64,000 nucleotides of DNA from Klebsormidium nitens (Eukaryota; Plantae; Klebsormidiophyceae): positions 196,235-260,234 of the forward strand of contig DF237008.1 in the NCBI GenBank assembly GCA_000708835.1, given 5' to 3'. The notes under the pieces were generated by a model. It was given only the letters and a program-made list of their open reading frames with translations. It was not told the DNA's origin and did no database searches. This document shows positions 26,129-39,600 of this stretch, in pieces (within the stretch, counting starts at the first letter, position 1; the number at the start of each line of letters is the position of its first letter). Position numbers and translations under genes: made by a program.

Positions 26129-28031
26129 GTTGCCGCTCTAGTTCCTCCGCGCGTTTCAATTTCAAGGGGGAGGCAGCTTGAGACCAGGAACGCTGACGGG
26201 ACTAGACTCGTGCGCTTGGATGCTGAGATGCAGGGGCGCCTCGAAGGAGAAGAGCTTTCTCAAGGCGACTTACGGGATTGCACTTAAGAGATACTCGATT
26301 TGAGAAACGACGGTATGGCAAGCTGGTTCAGCTTCATGCCCCGGGGTCTCCTGACTCTGTTTTGGTCGGTCAGAGTCTGCTTGCTTGGGATCCGGTCGGG
26401 CCGGTAACATGTGATCCAACATTCTGCTGAAGCGGGCGTCTACGCAACGTCATCAACCGGCCAATCTTAACAGGGCCCAGTGCTCGGGGCACGTACTTGA
26501 TGCCAACTTTTCGGCGACGAGATACCTGAAAGCCGTGCTTCGATGTCGCTACGTGACGTGAGGCGTACGAAACCTGGGACGCCCACTTTGAGAAGCTTGC
26601 ACAGTGACTCAGACTGGGCTTCCCACGAGCACGCCTTCGGTCGCGAACGTCAGATCCTTCGAGCGACCTTACTGCTCGTGCTGCACCTGCAGATTCGCCG
26701 CGACACGACTGGCGTCAAGCTCGTCGGCGACTGAACCGCCGACCCACCTGAAAGAAGGGAACGCATGCAGCGCCAGATTGGCCAGCAAACGACACGCTTG
26801 GGAGATTGCTGCCTGCCTGCGAAAGTGCGCTCGAGCGGCGGGTGCTCGCGCCATGCAGCCGGCCGGCCCCGCATGCTCCAGTCCTGATCGTCCGATGGCA
26901 GACGCAGCGCGAAGTATGACGATCTTAACCGTTGATTGAGCAACTCGATTCCCGCGAGCGGTGCTGACGGAGCATGCTGACTTGCATGTGCGGTCATGCA
27001 CGGAATGGGCTTGGGCTTTTGTACCGCCGGAGATGCTCCGTTCTATTTTACGGGATCAATCCCGAATCGTTTCGACATTTCCCAAGTGGTCAGGAATGAC
27101 TGGCAACCATGAAAAGAGTGCAATCTTTCGTGATGTCAGAACCCAGATCTCTCCAAGGAGCGTAGTCCGATATACATGAACCAGAGGCAGCTTTGCGGGT
27201 TGGAAAGTATCCCATTTTGGCCGCCCTAGCAGAAAGATACACATAGGTGTTGCACTGCTACGTCGCAGAGTTTGGCGACGCCCCGCCCTTCGCTTTACGG
27301 TTGGCTGAAAGTTCTAAGAAGCAATCAATTGTCATTTGTGTTCCTCAACTCAGCTGGTCGGACAGCAGAATTCCAGACTTGCAGACACGAGCGAAGATAT
27401 ATGAGCTCAGAACGTCGGGAAACTTATACCATAAGTGATGAGCTTCTCTATTAGGTGCATGGCGCCACTGGCAGCAATCTCTTGAATGCGAGCCGCGTTT
27501 GTAAAACCAAAGTCGTCAGCTTCCGAGTCCGCTCAATTGTGTTGCGCCTCACAAGGTACAGAGTTGCTTTGCTTTCAGCTTATGCTTGATCTCGTCTTTT
27601 GGTAGTGTGTCACAATCGATACTGAAATGCTTGCTGAGGGCTGCTTTCTTGTTGGTGAATGTCGAACCTCAAAACTTCGCGGTCACCCTGTATCGGCATC
27701 CAAAGTTGCCTTCTATTGACTTTTGATCCAATCAAGCTCGGAACTTACCTTTCTTTCACATTCTAAGGTTTGTTTCTAAAACCAGCGTCCAGGACGAAAA
27801 TTCCCTTTAATCTTCGCGCCGCCCCAAGGCTGACACTGAGCATGGTGTTCGATTCACCTCCGTGATTCCGTGAGGAGCTTATACTCCAGCAAATCGGGAG
27901 ACGCACACGGAGACATTCAATATCCTCATGGCAACGATTTTCTGCAGGTGATCATCAATCCGTCTCTAAACCGCCCCTTCCAATTCGGTTCGAAGTTAGA
28001 AGCGCAGTCCCCGGGCGCCTTGTGCTGCCAA

Positions 28032-29678
28032 ATGTCCGCCATGGGAACGCCGCCCCAGCAGAGCACCAACCGACCGGTAGCGGAACTCAACGAAGGTCCC
28101 AGTTGCGACCAACCGGGCAGATTTACGGACGAGAAACTGCCCGGGGAAGCTTCCCCCGGTCGCGCCCAACCGGGGGCAAGCCGGGACGACCAGAGGAGGC
28201 AAGAAGAGATTTTGCACATGGTGAGAGTAGCGTATTATGGAACCGACGTATTATCGATCCCTCACATGCGATGAAACAGAGGCCCGAAGAGGAAAAAGCG
28301 GGGGGGCTCGCGCGCGCTCGGGGGGCCGGCAGCCCCCTTGGTTTAAGAGGTCACAAAATCGGACTTCAAAGGTTGGGATTCTTTCTTATGTTGTACGAGC
28401 TCCCTTAAGAAGACTTGGTAAGATCCTAGTCTTCGACGACTGCCATCTGCCGTCATTTGGCGCGTTTTTGGGAAGAGATCAAGACATCTTCTACAGTTCC
28501 GGCAGAGTTTATGATCTCCCCCACGTTATGACGTTAGATCCCCCCTGAACTCGGTTCCATGTGATTTGTCTTGTCAAAGTGGTTGATTTTGCGTCGAAGC
28601 AGAGGAGAGGATTCACGTATGTTTAATCTGTTCTTCGTTCTTTCGTTCGACGGCCTTGCGACCCCGTTCCATTGTTTCGTTCCACTGCAGCAAGCACGGA
28701 AGTTCCAGTTCTTCCAGTGCTCGCACTGCTGCCTGGCGGTTCTCACTGCCACACTAGCGGCTGACATTTGAGCATTTGAAACGCGGGTGAACGTAAGCCG
28801 CGGCTGCTAACCCGCTCTTTGCAGTGCCCGTCTTTCAAGTCAGTGAATCTCGCCTTATCTTAACCGGGTCGATTTCGGATTAAGTAAACCCAGTGGTCGG
28901 GTCCGAAGCCAAGTCGGATCCTATCACGTACCTCTCAAAGCGCGTGTTTCTCAGCCGTTTCTTTGCTCCCAACCACTGGGGTTAACATGTAACCGGTATT
29001 CGGATAGGTGCGGTCGTGACACTGGCGGTTCCTGAACTCGCAGCCTTTTTCTCACAATTTGGACCAGGACCCTCAAGCTAGGATTCCTCCAATCGACGAA
29101 GGAAATTCGGATTCTACTGTTGGATAGGAGAACGCTCGGCTGCTCCTGCGCGTGTACGAGCGTCCCTGCACAGTCGGGTTTTGATTGGCGCATCTTCCAA
29201 ATCGAAACCTCTGTTCCCGGTCAGGAAAAGTGAGCTAGATGGTCAGGTTATCGCTCAAAGCTATCCACTTCTGCCCTGCGGTTGTTTAGTCAATCAGAAA
29301 CGCGCTCCTCAGATGCGGCCAACTCACTGTGGGCTTGACAGGGGAAGCATTGGCCGGAGTCGGACGGACCGTACTTCTGAGGTGTGCTCTTCATTCCTCG
29401 TTCCAAGACGTCAAATTCAAGGCGATTTCATGCAGGCTCGTGCCCCTTGTCCATTGTCCCTCTCTTTTTTTCTTGATTCCAATCTACAAGTGGCCAATCA
29501 ACCTTTTTTTTTTTTTTTTTTTACTCGTTCACAACGTACGTGTGTGGCGCCGCTGAATGAAATCTCCCAGCGCATGCTTTTCAATCTGCAGGCTGGAAGT
29601 GCGGGGAAAGCGCGCGCGGCCGCGGCGGCCGGCGAGCGGCCGTTGGGCGACACGGTGGCAGCGGTGCCCGGCCTTTAG
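28032..29678 (+). CDS. Putative small two-exon orphan protein (~91 aa)
   Basis: Exon 28032-28220 (second ATG in gccATGG context, donor ATG|GTGAGA) joins in phase 0 to 29592-29678 (ctgcag|GCTGGA...TAG). Both exons are GC-rich islands. An additional middle exon cannot be excluded. Confidence 0.4.
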
Positions 29679-31456
29679 GAGGCCGCCAAGGCGCCCCGAG
29701 AGCCGCCGGTCCACATCGTTCACTTGCACAATGTTCCGGACTAAGGAACAGCCAGCTGATTATGCGGACCGCTTGGATAGAATGTTTTGTGAAATTGGTC
29801 GACCTGAGAGAATCTTGCCAGGTTACGGATGTCAGATCTGATTGGACGCAGCACGTACGTAGAAGGCACGCGAACCGGAAGACAAGCTGAGGGGAGCCGG
29901 GGTAGAAATCTAGAATTGCACATCCAACGTGAGCCTGTATGGGCCAAACGATTGTGAAGCTTGTAGGGCAGCTGCCAGTCTCCGCGCCCACTGTTCAAAT
30001 TGATCCTGGATTTGAAACGACAGAATGCAGGAGTCAATAATAGCCTGACATGCACGAGACGATCAGATAATCCCCGCACCAGCATGTATGCTATGAAAAT
30101 GCTCCCAAGATGCAAGCCCGTCAAAAGAAAAGACGGTCACCGTTGTATAAAACGAGACCCTCAGGTTGTTTCATGGGAGATTGTGTTGTTTGGCACTCTT
30201 TGAAGGGCATGAGCTTCGAAAGTCGTGCGCAGTACTGTCAACCGCTGATGGCTGACTGCCATTGATTCGAGTAAGGTGCATCATTTCGAAAGCGATGCGA
30301 CTCGTGCGACTTCAAGTTGAGAGCAATAAGACTATGAGGTCACACGGGCAGAATCATGACATGGTCGATCCGAGGGGCGATCCAAGACATGGTATAGCTC
30401 TCGTGGGGAGCAGAGAGGCCCCATGGAGGAGCCTGGGCGCGTCTAAGCTGCTCAGTCGCGAAATCGAATGTATCGAGAAGGTCATGCGTGATGCACAATA
30501 TTGCTCCATGGATCTAGCTAGCTTTGATGAGATCATGCCTGGTACATGCATGTGACAACAGTCGAACTATATGATGGTTTTTGATGTCATGCATATGATC
30601 GAACGAACATGTGCATGACCCCATGTATCGATAGCTAGCTGCGTATGGCGCGGACGAATGCAAGAGCTGTCACAGTCGATCGGCCTTATAGCGGTGCATT
30701 CCGACAAATGACATGCCGCAGCCGTCCGCGATGCATGACTGCATGTGTGCGGTTTGATATATCTGTCACCGACACTTTTCGAAAGCCATGCTTATAGTAG
30801 ACGACCAAATGCGGACCGACCAGATATAGAGTTGAGTACAAAAAGCTAATCCCCGATTTGAGCCATCAACATGACCGTGGGACTCAGCTAGTTCTTCTCG
30901 AGACACAACAGCTACCTTAACATAGTCTTCGGCTTTCCTTAAGTGACGAGTGCCCAGTGCGGCAAGTTGCGGCTCGCTCAGCTAGTCAGTAAGGTCTGGT
31001 CAAGGCTTCGCCTAAGCCCTCTGGAAGTCTGCTTCAATTGTCAAAATTTTCTAAGACTGCATCCGCCATTACATTGACGTTGTTTAAAGTGAGACGCAAA
31101 ATTGCACAAGCTGCTCCTGCCCACTTTTACGGACAGTACCTTCGAGCGCTCATGACAACCTCAAGTATCGCAGCGATCAAGAACATGCTGGGGATGTTAG
31201 TCCGCTCTCAAGGCGCGCCCAATCTCTGTGCTCGTCTTTTAAATCCTTCACCGAGTTGCGCACGACCTCCGGCACGTTCATGGTGGTTCCATTTGGTGCA
31301 CAAGAATCCCGTCACCGAAGGCGATCCACCTTTGACTCGAGTCTGCTATTCGAGCAATCCTCTCTTGTCGCCACCATGTGCTGGACGGTAGTGGCACCTT
31401 CGCACTTCGTGCTGTGTCGTAAAGGGCGACAAAGGGCGATTACAGAACCACAGCCG

Positions 31457-33515
31457 TCACCGGTAATGACCCCACTCGGGCCCCGTGGCCGCAAATTGCG
31501 GCGAGCTGTGATGGTGCACGATATGCCAAACGCCGCCATGTTTTTCAAAACAGTTGGTTGCGATCAGGGGTTCCTCCGCCTGGTTCACGAACTCCTTGAG
31601 CGTGACCCAAGCCATTCGACCGTCGACCCGACACCGCACGTCCCGCAGGTCGAAATCGTACCGTTGGCCCCAGCCAAACACCACGCGCCAGCTGGCGATG
31701 ACGGCGTCGTACCTGGAAAAAGCAAAAGGGAACCCGTGAGGGAAAACGGCTTTTATTCAGAAACATGGGACACGCAGGACAATGGGTTCCGCCTAAAGAG
31801 AAAGTAGAATCGTCTGCGTCTTTTGAGGTTCTGCTTTTGGTTGCTCCTGAACGTCGTATGCTCAGTCAACCAAAGAGCCTTGAGACAACAGAGAAGGAAG
31901 AAAGCGGGCGGACTAGCTTGGCGCCAGCTGCAGATTCGTCGATGATTGTTCTGCGTAAGTTGTTTGACATGGACTTGGTCCGGAAGCTGGAAGAATATGG
32001 AAAAGCTGAATGCTGATGAACTTGGGGTTGAATGCAGCCAACAGGTCGAGTGTATGTGTGTTCCAGAAGTTGCGATCTGGAAACACTTCCACTTCTCTTT
32101 GGTGAGAACGCCCGAATCCAGACATCGCTCAACGATTAGAAAGAGATAATCGGGTGCTCTAAGAATGCTGCTTGAATTGGGACTTCAATTGAAAAAAAAC
32201 GCTGTTTCAGTTTCAACAAAGCTGCAGACACTGGCAGCGAACTTGAGAATCAGCACAAGCCAACCTCACAAGTATCTTCAGGTTCGACTTTGACCTCTGA
32301 GAAGGCAACAAGTTCGGAATCAACAGGAGATGAAGGAGCCATTGGGGTCTCAGGCAGGCCGGTAGAAAGAGGGCACTTGTCCGGCCGGCAATCGGGTGCG
32401 TCGGCAGTCCATACCCTGTTAGCAGCACTCCCCCTGGATGTATGCACTTGACGTAGTCCGCGTTTAGCCACAGGCCCGCCATCGCGAACAGCGACTTGCT
32501 CGAAAACACACTGTAGAACCTCTGGTTCGCCTCGGTCACAGCTTTCGTCGCGGAGTAGTGCACTTTCCAGCCACTTGGCGGCTGCAGCCTGTCTTGCTCA
32601 GTCGTGAAGTCCTGAACGAGCGGAACGAATCAGGACACCGAGTCAAGCCGGCTTCATAGACTCAGTTACACGACGCCGTGCAGAATATACGGCAAAGAGA
32701 ACGACTTGGTGACTTCGTTATGGGTTGCAGCACGACTGAGCTCAACTTGTGCGGCTGACATAAAGATGGCAGAAGCAGGGCATAGAAGCAACTACAGCGT
32801 TAACATATCAAGGTGGTGTCCTCTCTTTGTCGTCCTGATGAGCAGGAAATGTGTCGAGGAAGATTTGAGGGGGGAGAGTCAGTAACCTAGAGGGAACTTT
32901 TACAAGCCAGGCGAGAAAGTCCAACAACTATTAACTAAGAAGACTGTGAGAAAATATGTTGCCGGGAGATGAGTTGATCGCACAGGCTGTCAAAGAAGCA
33001 ATCTGCTGAAGGTGCCCAGAATCAAGGGGCGCAAGTGGAGACGGTACTGCATACATCAAGCAGCTATCTCGCAGGGCTCATTTGAGCGGTTCCGATGAGC
33101 CGCCAACTTCTAAGGCCAGTGCTTGCCAAGATGAATCTGTAGACTTTGAAAAGTTTCTCGTGCTCACCACATGGAACAAATGCTTCCACACCCTGTCGTC
33201 GTTCGCCAGCACCCGCATCGTTGCTGATGTCATGCTGACCGAGCACAGGCTTTGGTGGTCAAGATATGACAGCAGATACGACAACACCTCTGGCACTAAT
33301 TGCTCAATGAGACAGCCTTTTGTGTCTATTGGGGGCTGCACAGCAAAGGCTGGTGACATTGCTCGCCTTTTCCGTTTTCCCTTGGGTCCTCCAGTCACTT
33401 TGAAGATGTTTCGGCGTGCAATGAATGTGAAGACAGCCGTGCCCAGAAGACAAGTGATACAGGTTGTCGAAATTGGGTATGTGTTGTCCGCTGCACTTGC
33501 TCTGGCGTCCTCCAT
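31457..33515 (-). CDS. SKIP8: F-box + SnoaL-like (NTF2-fold) protein, SKIP8 homologue, 266 aa
   Basis: Three exons: 33515-33168, 32611-32415, 31712-31457 (801 nt). F-box: EQLVPEVLSYLLSYLDHQSLCSVSMT...DDRVWK. Then DFTTEQD...GWK.HY, LWLNADYVKCIHPGG, MAWVT, TNCFEKHGGVWHIVHHHSS, as in plant SKIP8. Confidence 0.93.
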
Positions 33516-35026
33516 GCTACCTCCAAGCAGGTACTCTTCTGGAGCTCAGTGTTCCCCACAAACAAGATGTTATGCTCCAACGCCAACAACTAAAATGAAC
33601 TGCCATGAGCTCAACTTCATCTGCCCGACGAGGTTTGAACGCCTGTAACTTGTATTAGAGGAAATGCAGCCTGCAAGCTAGTGCTGCAGCCTGCTGTAGG
33701 CCTTGGCCCTGTAGCCAGTAGGTAGGCTGTTGCGCCGCCCCCATTGCAATATGCCAACTAGGTACCTAGGTAGTCCAGGAGCTAGATAGAGAAGTTGAAC
33801 AGCACTGGCAGAGCGTCCAATAACATGTTGAAATCTGAATGCTTTGCGCCGTACGATAGACCGGCAACTCATCGGGCCGCGTCAAGACTCAAGCTGCTAA
33901 TAGTAAAGGGCTGATAGTCAATGGACCGTTGATTGACTATCAATCATTGTTGATACCAATGTTTACCGTCCGATGCATTCCATTTTGTCGCTTCGGACCA
34001 ATCGGTTTAGGGACTGTACGGAGTAGAGCATACAGTGACTGAAGAGGATTGGGTACGCTAGGCGAGGCAATTCGAAAGTCGAGACTCTAGAGCGGCCTCG
34101 GAGAGCCCCTGCTGGATAACAATTCCTCTCAAGGTCAAAGAGCGCCCGACCGGCGACCAGACAGTGCAATGCCGCACTGACCGCTCCCACCGGCGCCCGC
34201 ACAATCCGGCCTAGTTGGCGAACAAGCTCGTGATTGGTTGGCCAGATCCCGCAGTCCCAGCCTCTGCGAGTCAATCGGGGGCCGGATGCAGAACGAGGAG
34301 TCCTGCAGTCCGCAGGCCCAAATGTTTCAGGAAGAGGACGTCGTGTTCTTTTGAATTGACCATCGTATCTTCCACCGTGCACGGCAGTGTCGGTTCCTCT
34401 GTACATCTAGCGGTGCCTACCGGTCGACCTGGAATCTGCGGGTACCAGGCCCACGGCAGCCTACCAGTCTCTAATTGAAGCTCGGGAGGATTCTTACCGA
34501 GGTGGTCCAATTTGACATTTGGGAGCGACAACAGGTGACACTCGACCGGCTTCAGATTTCCGGTCGGTGCCCGTTGCACGGTACACACCGGTAGTAGTTA
34601 CCGGCGTTGATGCTCCGCCGAATCCTCAGGCTTGTACTACCAACTGGCCGCCTTCGACCGGACAGGGAAACGTTCGACCGCGTCCAATGAAAACATCACC
34701 GCCTGCTTCTCTTTTCGATGGTTCGCACGTGGCATTCATGAAACGAAGGCACGGTCCCCCTTCTCGTCGATCAAAAGCGCACCGTTTCAAACTCGATCTT
34801 CTCGCTTGTGGCCATCCTCGAACTGGTACGTGCGAAACGTGATCCTTAACACCAATGCAGATTCCAGCAGATCCCAAGGACCTTCCGGTTGGCCGTACCG
34901 GTGGTGTACGGGTGCAGCAGAGTCCAGGGACCAGAGTCCAGACCGGCCCTGCTGCGGCAGCCGGCTCTGTGGACAGGGAACTAGGTTACCACTCGACCGC
35001 ACTTTTCAGTGTCATGAATACCATCA

Positions 35027-35151
35027 TCCGTACAGATGGCAGTACCGTACCTGGTCCTAAGGTACCGGTAGGTGCTCACTCGTGCACAGAACGGTACAAT
35101 TCTGCCAACCACGGTACCTCCGTACCTGGGTACCTACCGACCGGACTGTAC
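35027..35151. promoter_or_regulatory. Dense GTAC / CCGTAC motif cluster
   Basis: GTAC at ~35029, 35042, 35047, 35062, 35094, 35114, 35122, 35130 and 35148, lying between the 5' ends of SKIP8 and the PHD-GNAT gene. A regulatory role is not established. Confidence 0.35.
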
Positions 35152-36622
35152 CGAATGTTATCTGCTCGCTAGTGAACAGAATGGTGGTCCAGGTCATGCA
35201 AGCAGCAAATTTACTTGAGCCTGAGGCTGTACCTGGGCTGTGTGCCAGCTCGCGGAGAGCAGTGTTGCATGGCGTTCCGCCTTTGGCAGAGTCTTCCTTC
35301 CCGAGAATCCAGGCTTGCTCCCTCGTGCTTGTGAACGTTTGGTTCTCCGCAAATCAGGTTTGACCTGAAGGTTTCGCTGGCGAAGGAGTTGCCTTATGAT
35401 TCATATGCATCCTGTTACGGTTTCCTGTGGGATTCGAGCTTCTGGAAACAGCGTTTCGTAAGTGCTGGCAGGCTACCAGTGTATTTGCCGGACAGCGCCT
35501 TGAGGTGTGGGCCACGTACGGCAGCGAGAAGCAGGCTCCTTGGGCACTTCATCCAGTAAGTACAATATTCCATCTTGTGAAGCCAGCTTGAAAGAGCTTT
35601 CTCAACGGAGCTCGGCTGCTGCTGTCTAAGCTATATCCTCTGGGGGTTGCCCAGAACAGTTTCAAAGGTGTTGGGCCCCAGAAGGCGAATAAGTCAATAT
35701 GCAACTTGTCTGCTGAGGACAAAGTATTTGGCTGACAGAACCCTGAGATTCTTTGAAGGGAATGACACTCTTCGATGAGCTCTCAAAACATGCGAATGTA
35801 CGAATGTACTTGTGAGTCTACGTTTACGTGCTTCAGAAGTGTTGTTGCTTTGGTCTAGCCCAGTGTCCAGGTCTGTTGAGCGATGATTGTTGTGCGCATG
35901 TTCCTTAGAGCCTCTGGTTGCAACTTGTATTTCTAAGAGCTGGCTGTGCATTCAAAGCTCTAAGTCTATCTCCTTCTTAAAGAGGTGCATCTGCCAGCTT
36001 GATTGACCACTGAGCTAGCTAGTCATATGCACCTTGGGGTCAAAAGAGGCTGCATCGCTTTGCTGCAAGGCTGGTACCACACACACCATAGTTGCTATCA
36101 GGTTGATGTGAAAGCAGGATTTCACCCTTATCTTTCTGTGTCTGTCTCACGGGCTGTATCCTTGAAGCAAGTACTTGCATTTAAGTGGAACAATTTAGGT
36201 TCCTAACATGAAAGACACCTCATGGTCTTCTCGGAATCTTTAGAAACTTGGTCCAACCTGAGAGCTCCTGGAGGAAGTTGCAATGAAGTAGGCTTACTCA
36301 GCCATCAGGTCAGCTGTGCTGCTGAACCATCTTTTAACCAATCTAGTGTTGGAAGTTGCTTAAGAGCCCGTCGTCCTTCCGAGGGTCTGAGGGACGAGTA
36401 TTTGCTTGGGAAGCTTCATCGCCAACCAATTGTTGGATGAGCACTTTGTGTCTTACAAATTGCAGCGTTCTGCTTCATTTTCTGGTGGTCGAGTGCTTCA
36501 GTGTCAATTTACCACCTGATCCTCACTTGTATTCCCCGACCAAGCTGTCTCTATCTGTGTTTGCTGACTGAGTGATGCGGAACTGCAGGAAAACGCCAGA
36601 ACCTTGTTCATGTCGCTGTTCC

Positions 36623-39600
36623 ATGGACACAGCGGGGCTGGTGGATGCATCAGCAGCAGTCGCAAATGAAGATCAGGCTCATGCCCTCAAAGAGCTCGGA
36701 GCGGGTGTAAGGTTTGGAGCTGAAGCAGACCCTGGTCTTCCAGAAAATATCAGTTCATTCTCGTTGGACGGGTTTTCCGAAGACTCTTCGACGGTTGGTA
36801 GCCTGTCTTTACCCTCTTCAACGTTAGGAATTTTTGATCGAAGCAACGCCGGGAAGGTGTCTGTGGGGGACAGAGGCCAAGCGGTGGTCGACAGCGATTG
36901 CTGGCAGTTTGCGCAGAGCTTGGCAGCGGCCAATGGATGGCTGCCACATGGTTCGCATACAGTGGTAGAAGTGGTGCAGGCTGCCGTCAGCGCAGAGAGC
37001 GAGAGCAAGAAAGCTGGGGTTGGCGTGAAGCATGACAAAGCTGAAATGAGTGTCAGGATGGAGCAAGAGCAAGCAGACCAGATGTCGAGCAGGGCCCCTC
37101 GTAGCTGGGGTGTCGGGGCTAGTGCGGGGGGTGGCTTGGAGTCTTTGGAGGGGTCTGTTTCTGCGAGCAAGCAGGAGTTGCTTGAGCAAGCACCTGAGGG
37201 TGCCATCCCCTCTGACTGGATTGAGCAGCTCAGAGACAGCAAGTTCGATGATACGCCCAACGGCCATGGGCCTTCAGCGCTTCAGAACGCCCACGACGGG
37301 AAGCTCCCCACCAGGCGTCCGGAGCTGAGCATCAACGTGAGCGGCCTGTCCGAAATGGACGCGGAGAGGGCCCTGGAGGACGGGAGCCAGGCATCGCCCC
37401 ACGGGACCCCTAGCGAGGTGGTCAAGACGCGGGTTCGGCTGGTTAAGAAGGAGGTTAGCGAGCCATCAGCTGCGGCAGCCCCCCTGCTCGATGGCACCAA
37501 GCGCAAGAAGAAGCGTGTGGAGTGGCCGGCACCCGATGTGGCGGGAAAGAAGCGGCGCCTGTCGGATGGGGGTGGTTCAGGAGGTTCCGAGGAGGGTCTG
37601 GGGGCGAGCAAGAAGGTGGTGAGCCTGGACCGCTACAAGGCCTTCACGAAAGCCCCGAACATGCTCATGGCGAAGCTGGTGGACGAGAAGGCCCTGCTGG
37701 AGGGGACGTACGTGCAGTACCGCGGCAAGCAGGACGAGGTGCTCAAGGAGGGGCATGCATTCAAGAACGGGATCCTGTGCCGGTGAGGTTCCGGTTGTGG
37801 CCTACAGCAGACTGCTGGTGTGTCCTCAGTTACTGGTGGTTGGTAATTAGGGAGGGCTTGGCACTGATATTGGAAAAGAGCATTCTGCTTTATCTTTTGC
37901 CTCTGGCACCTGCAGCAGGGCTGTGGAGGTTGATATGTTGACTAGCTGCAACAAAAAGTGGTAGAAGAAGTCTCGGTTGAGTTAGCATGCACCAATATGC
38001 AGAGCAATGAAGGCTGACAAACATTGAAGCCAAGCTATCCTGATTATACTTCTAGGTGCTTGCCTGTTGCTCGTCAACCGCGCTGCCGGTTACAGAACTG
38101 CATTTAGCTTTCTCTGAAGCCATGATAGTGGTTGGTTTTCCCCATCATGATGCTTGTCTGAGCACTCTCTCGCGGCCTGTACGTTACGGCCCGCAAACCA
38201 ACTCTTTGGCATGCAAATCAACCCGCAAACATTCATCTGGTCCCGAGCTTTGTCAGTGAATTTGTCTCTGTGTCGATGCAAATTGCGTTGGAACTGGAAA
38301 GTGACGCTTTGCCGCAACAGCGGCCCCAGGCCGCGCTAGGTTGATAGCTTATGGTTGCCGCTTGCGACCTGCAAAATTGGCCATTAGACTGCCCCATCTA
38401 GCAACTTATGCGCGAACCTTTCCGTCCCCTCAACCTGCAGATGCTGCAATGTGCTCAAGTCCCTGAGCGAGTTTGAGCGCCACGCGGGCAGCAGCATCCA
38501 TCGCCCGAGCGACCGCCTCTTTCTTGAAAATGGCATGAGCCTCAAGGAGCTGCTGAACAGCAGCAAGGCGCCCGCAGTAGAATCGGGTCATGCTGTGTCA
38601 AAGGCCCTTGCCTCGCCTGAGTCGCAGCTTCCAGAGGGCTACGAAGACGGGAATGATGACCTGTGCAGAGTTTGCGGGGACGGGGGCGAGCTTATTTGTT
38701 GCGACGCGTGTCCTGCCACCTTCCACCTCAGCTGCATGAGCTTGGAGGTGCGTTCCTCGTCTGGCTGTCCTAGTTGACAAACTCTGTCCAGCGCACCTGG
38801 TGCAATTGAGGACAAATCACGAGGTTAAAGTTATTCAAGTGCTAAGTTCAAAGCCCAACAGAAGGTGTTCGGTTATGGATCTTATCACCTCAGCTTGTCT
38901 TTTCTCGCAAGCCAGGCTGAAGATATAACCCGTTCACATATGCGAGGTGCGCTTGTATCAGCGGGACAGTTCGCAACGATAGAGGCATGTGACTTTGATG
39001 TTGCGGAGCAGTCATAGAGAGCTTTTTCTCACTTGGTCATTTGTAGGTCTTCATATCTGGTCCAGTCGACACTGTCTGGAGCTTGTACTCTACAAACAAA
39101 GTCGATTATTCTGATGGTGTCAATCTTGCGCTTGCAGGACCTTCCAGACGGCAACTGGTACTGCCCCTCGTGCCGCTGCAGCCACTGTGGTGCGAGCGAC
39201 TTCACCCCAGACGGCTTTGACAGCCGCACCGTCCTGCTGTGTGACCAGTGCGAGAGAGAGTGTGAGTACGCTGTCACAGACACGCCCTTTGGTCAGGTCG
39301 ATTGTGTAAGGTGCTATGAAGATCCTTCACTCCTGGTCTGCAGAGGATTTCAGCCAGGAACTGGCAAGCAAGGATGTCCTTTTCTGGCAGCATTTGAATA
39401 CTCACTTTGAAACAGGGGCTACCTTTGTTGCTTATTCATCTCGTATTCACGTCCTCCACCTCTTGGTGAATGAGGGCTTGCATCGGCTCCTGACTACGAC
39501 TGTCAAATGAGCCAAATCATGTGTCTGGTCTCGTAGGCAGGTTCTTTAAGGTTCATCTTGAAAAGTAGGTGCAAAAGAAAAGTGCTCAAGGTAGACACCA

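Noticed and set aside
26600-27250. Overlapping ~110-aa ORFs and a possible minus-strand exon
   Set aside because: No consistent exon chain or recognisable motif could be assembled.
29504-29522. T19 run as a retroelement poly(A) tail
   Set aside because: No element body or target-site duplication. It sits in an intron shortly before an acceptor.
33960-35700. Several 80-150 aa ORFs as possible transposase fragments
   Set aside because: No DDE, RT, integrase or helicase motif recognised.
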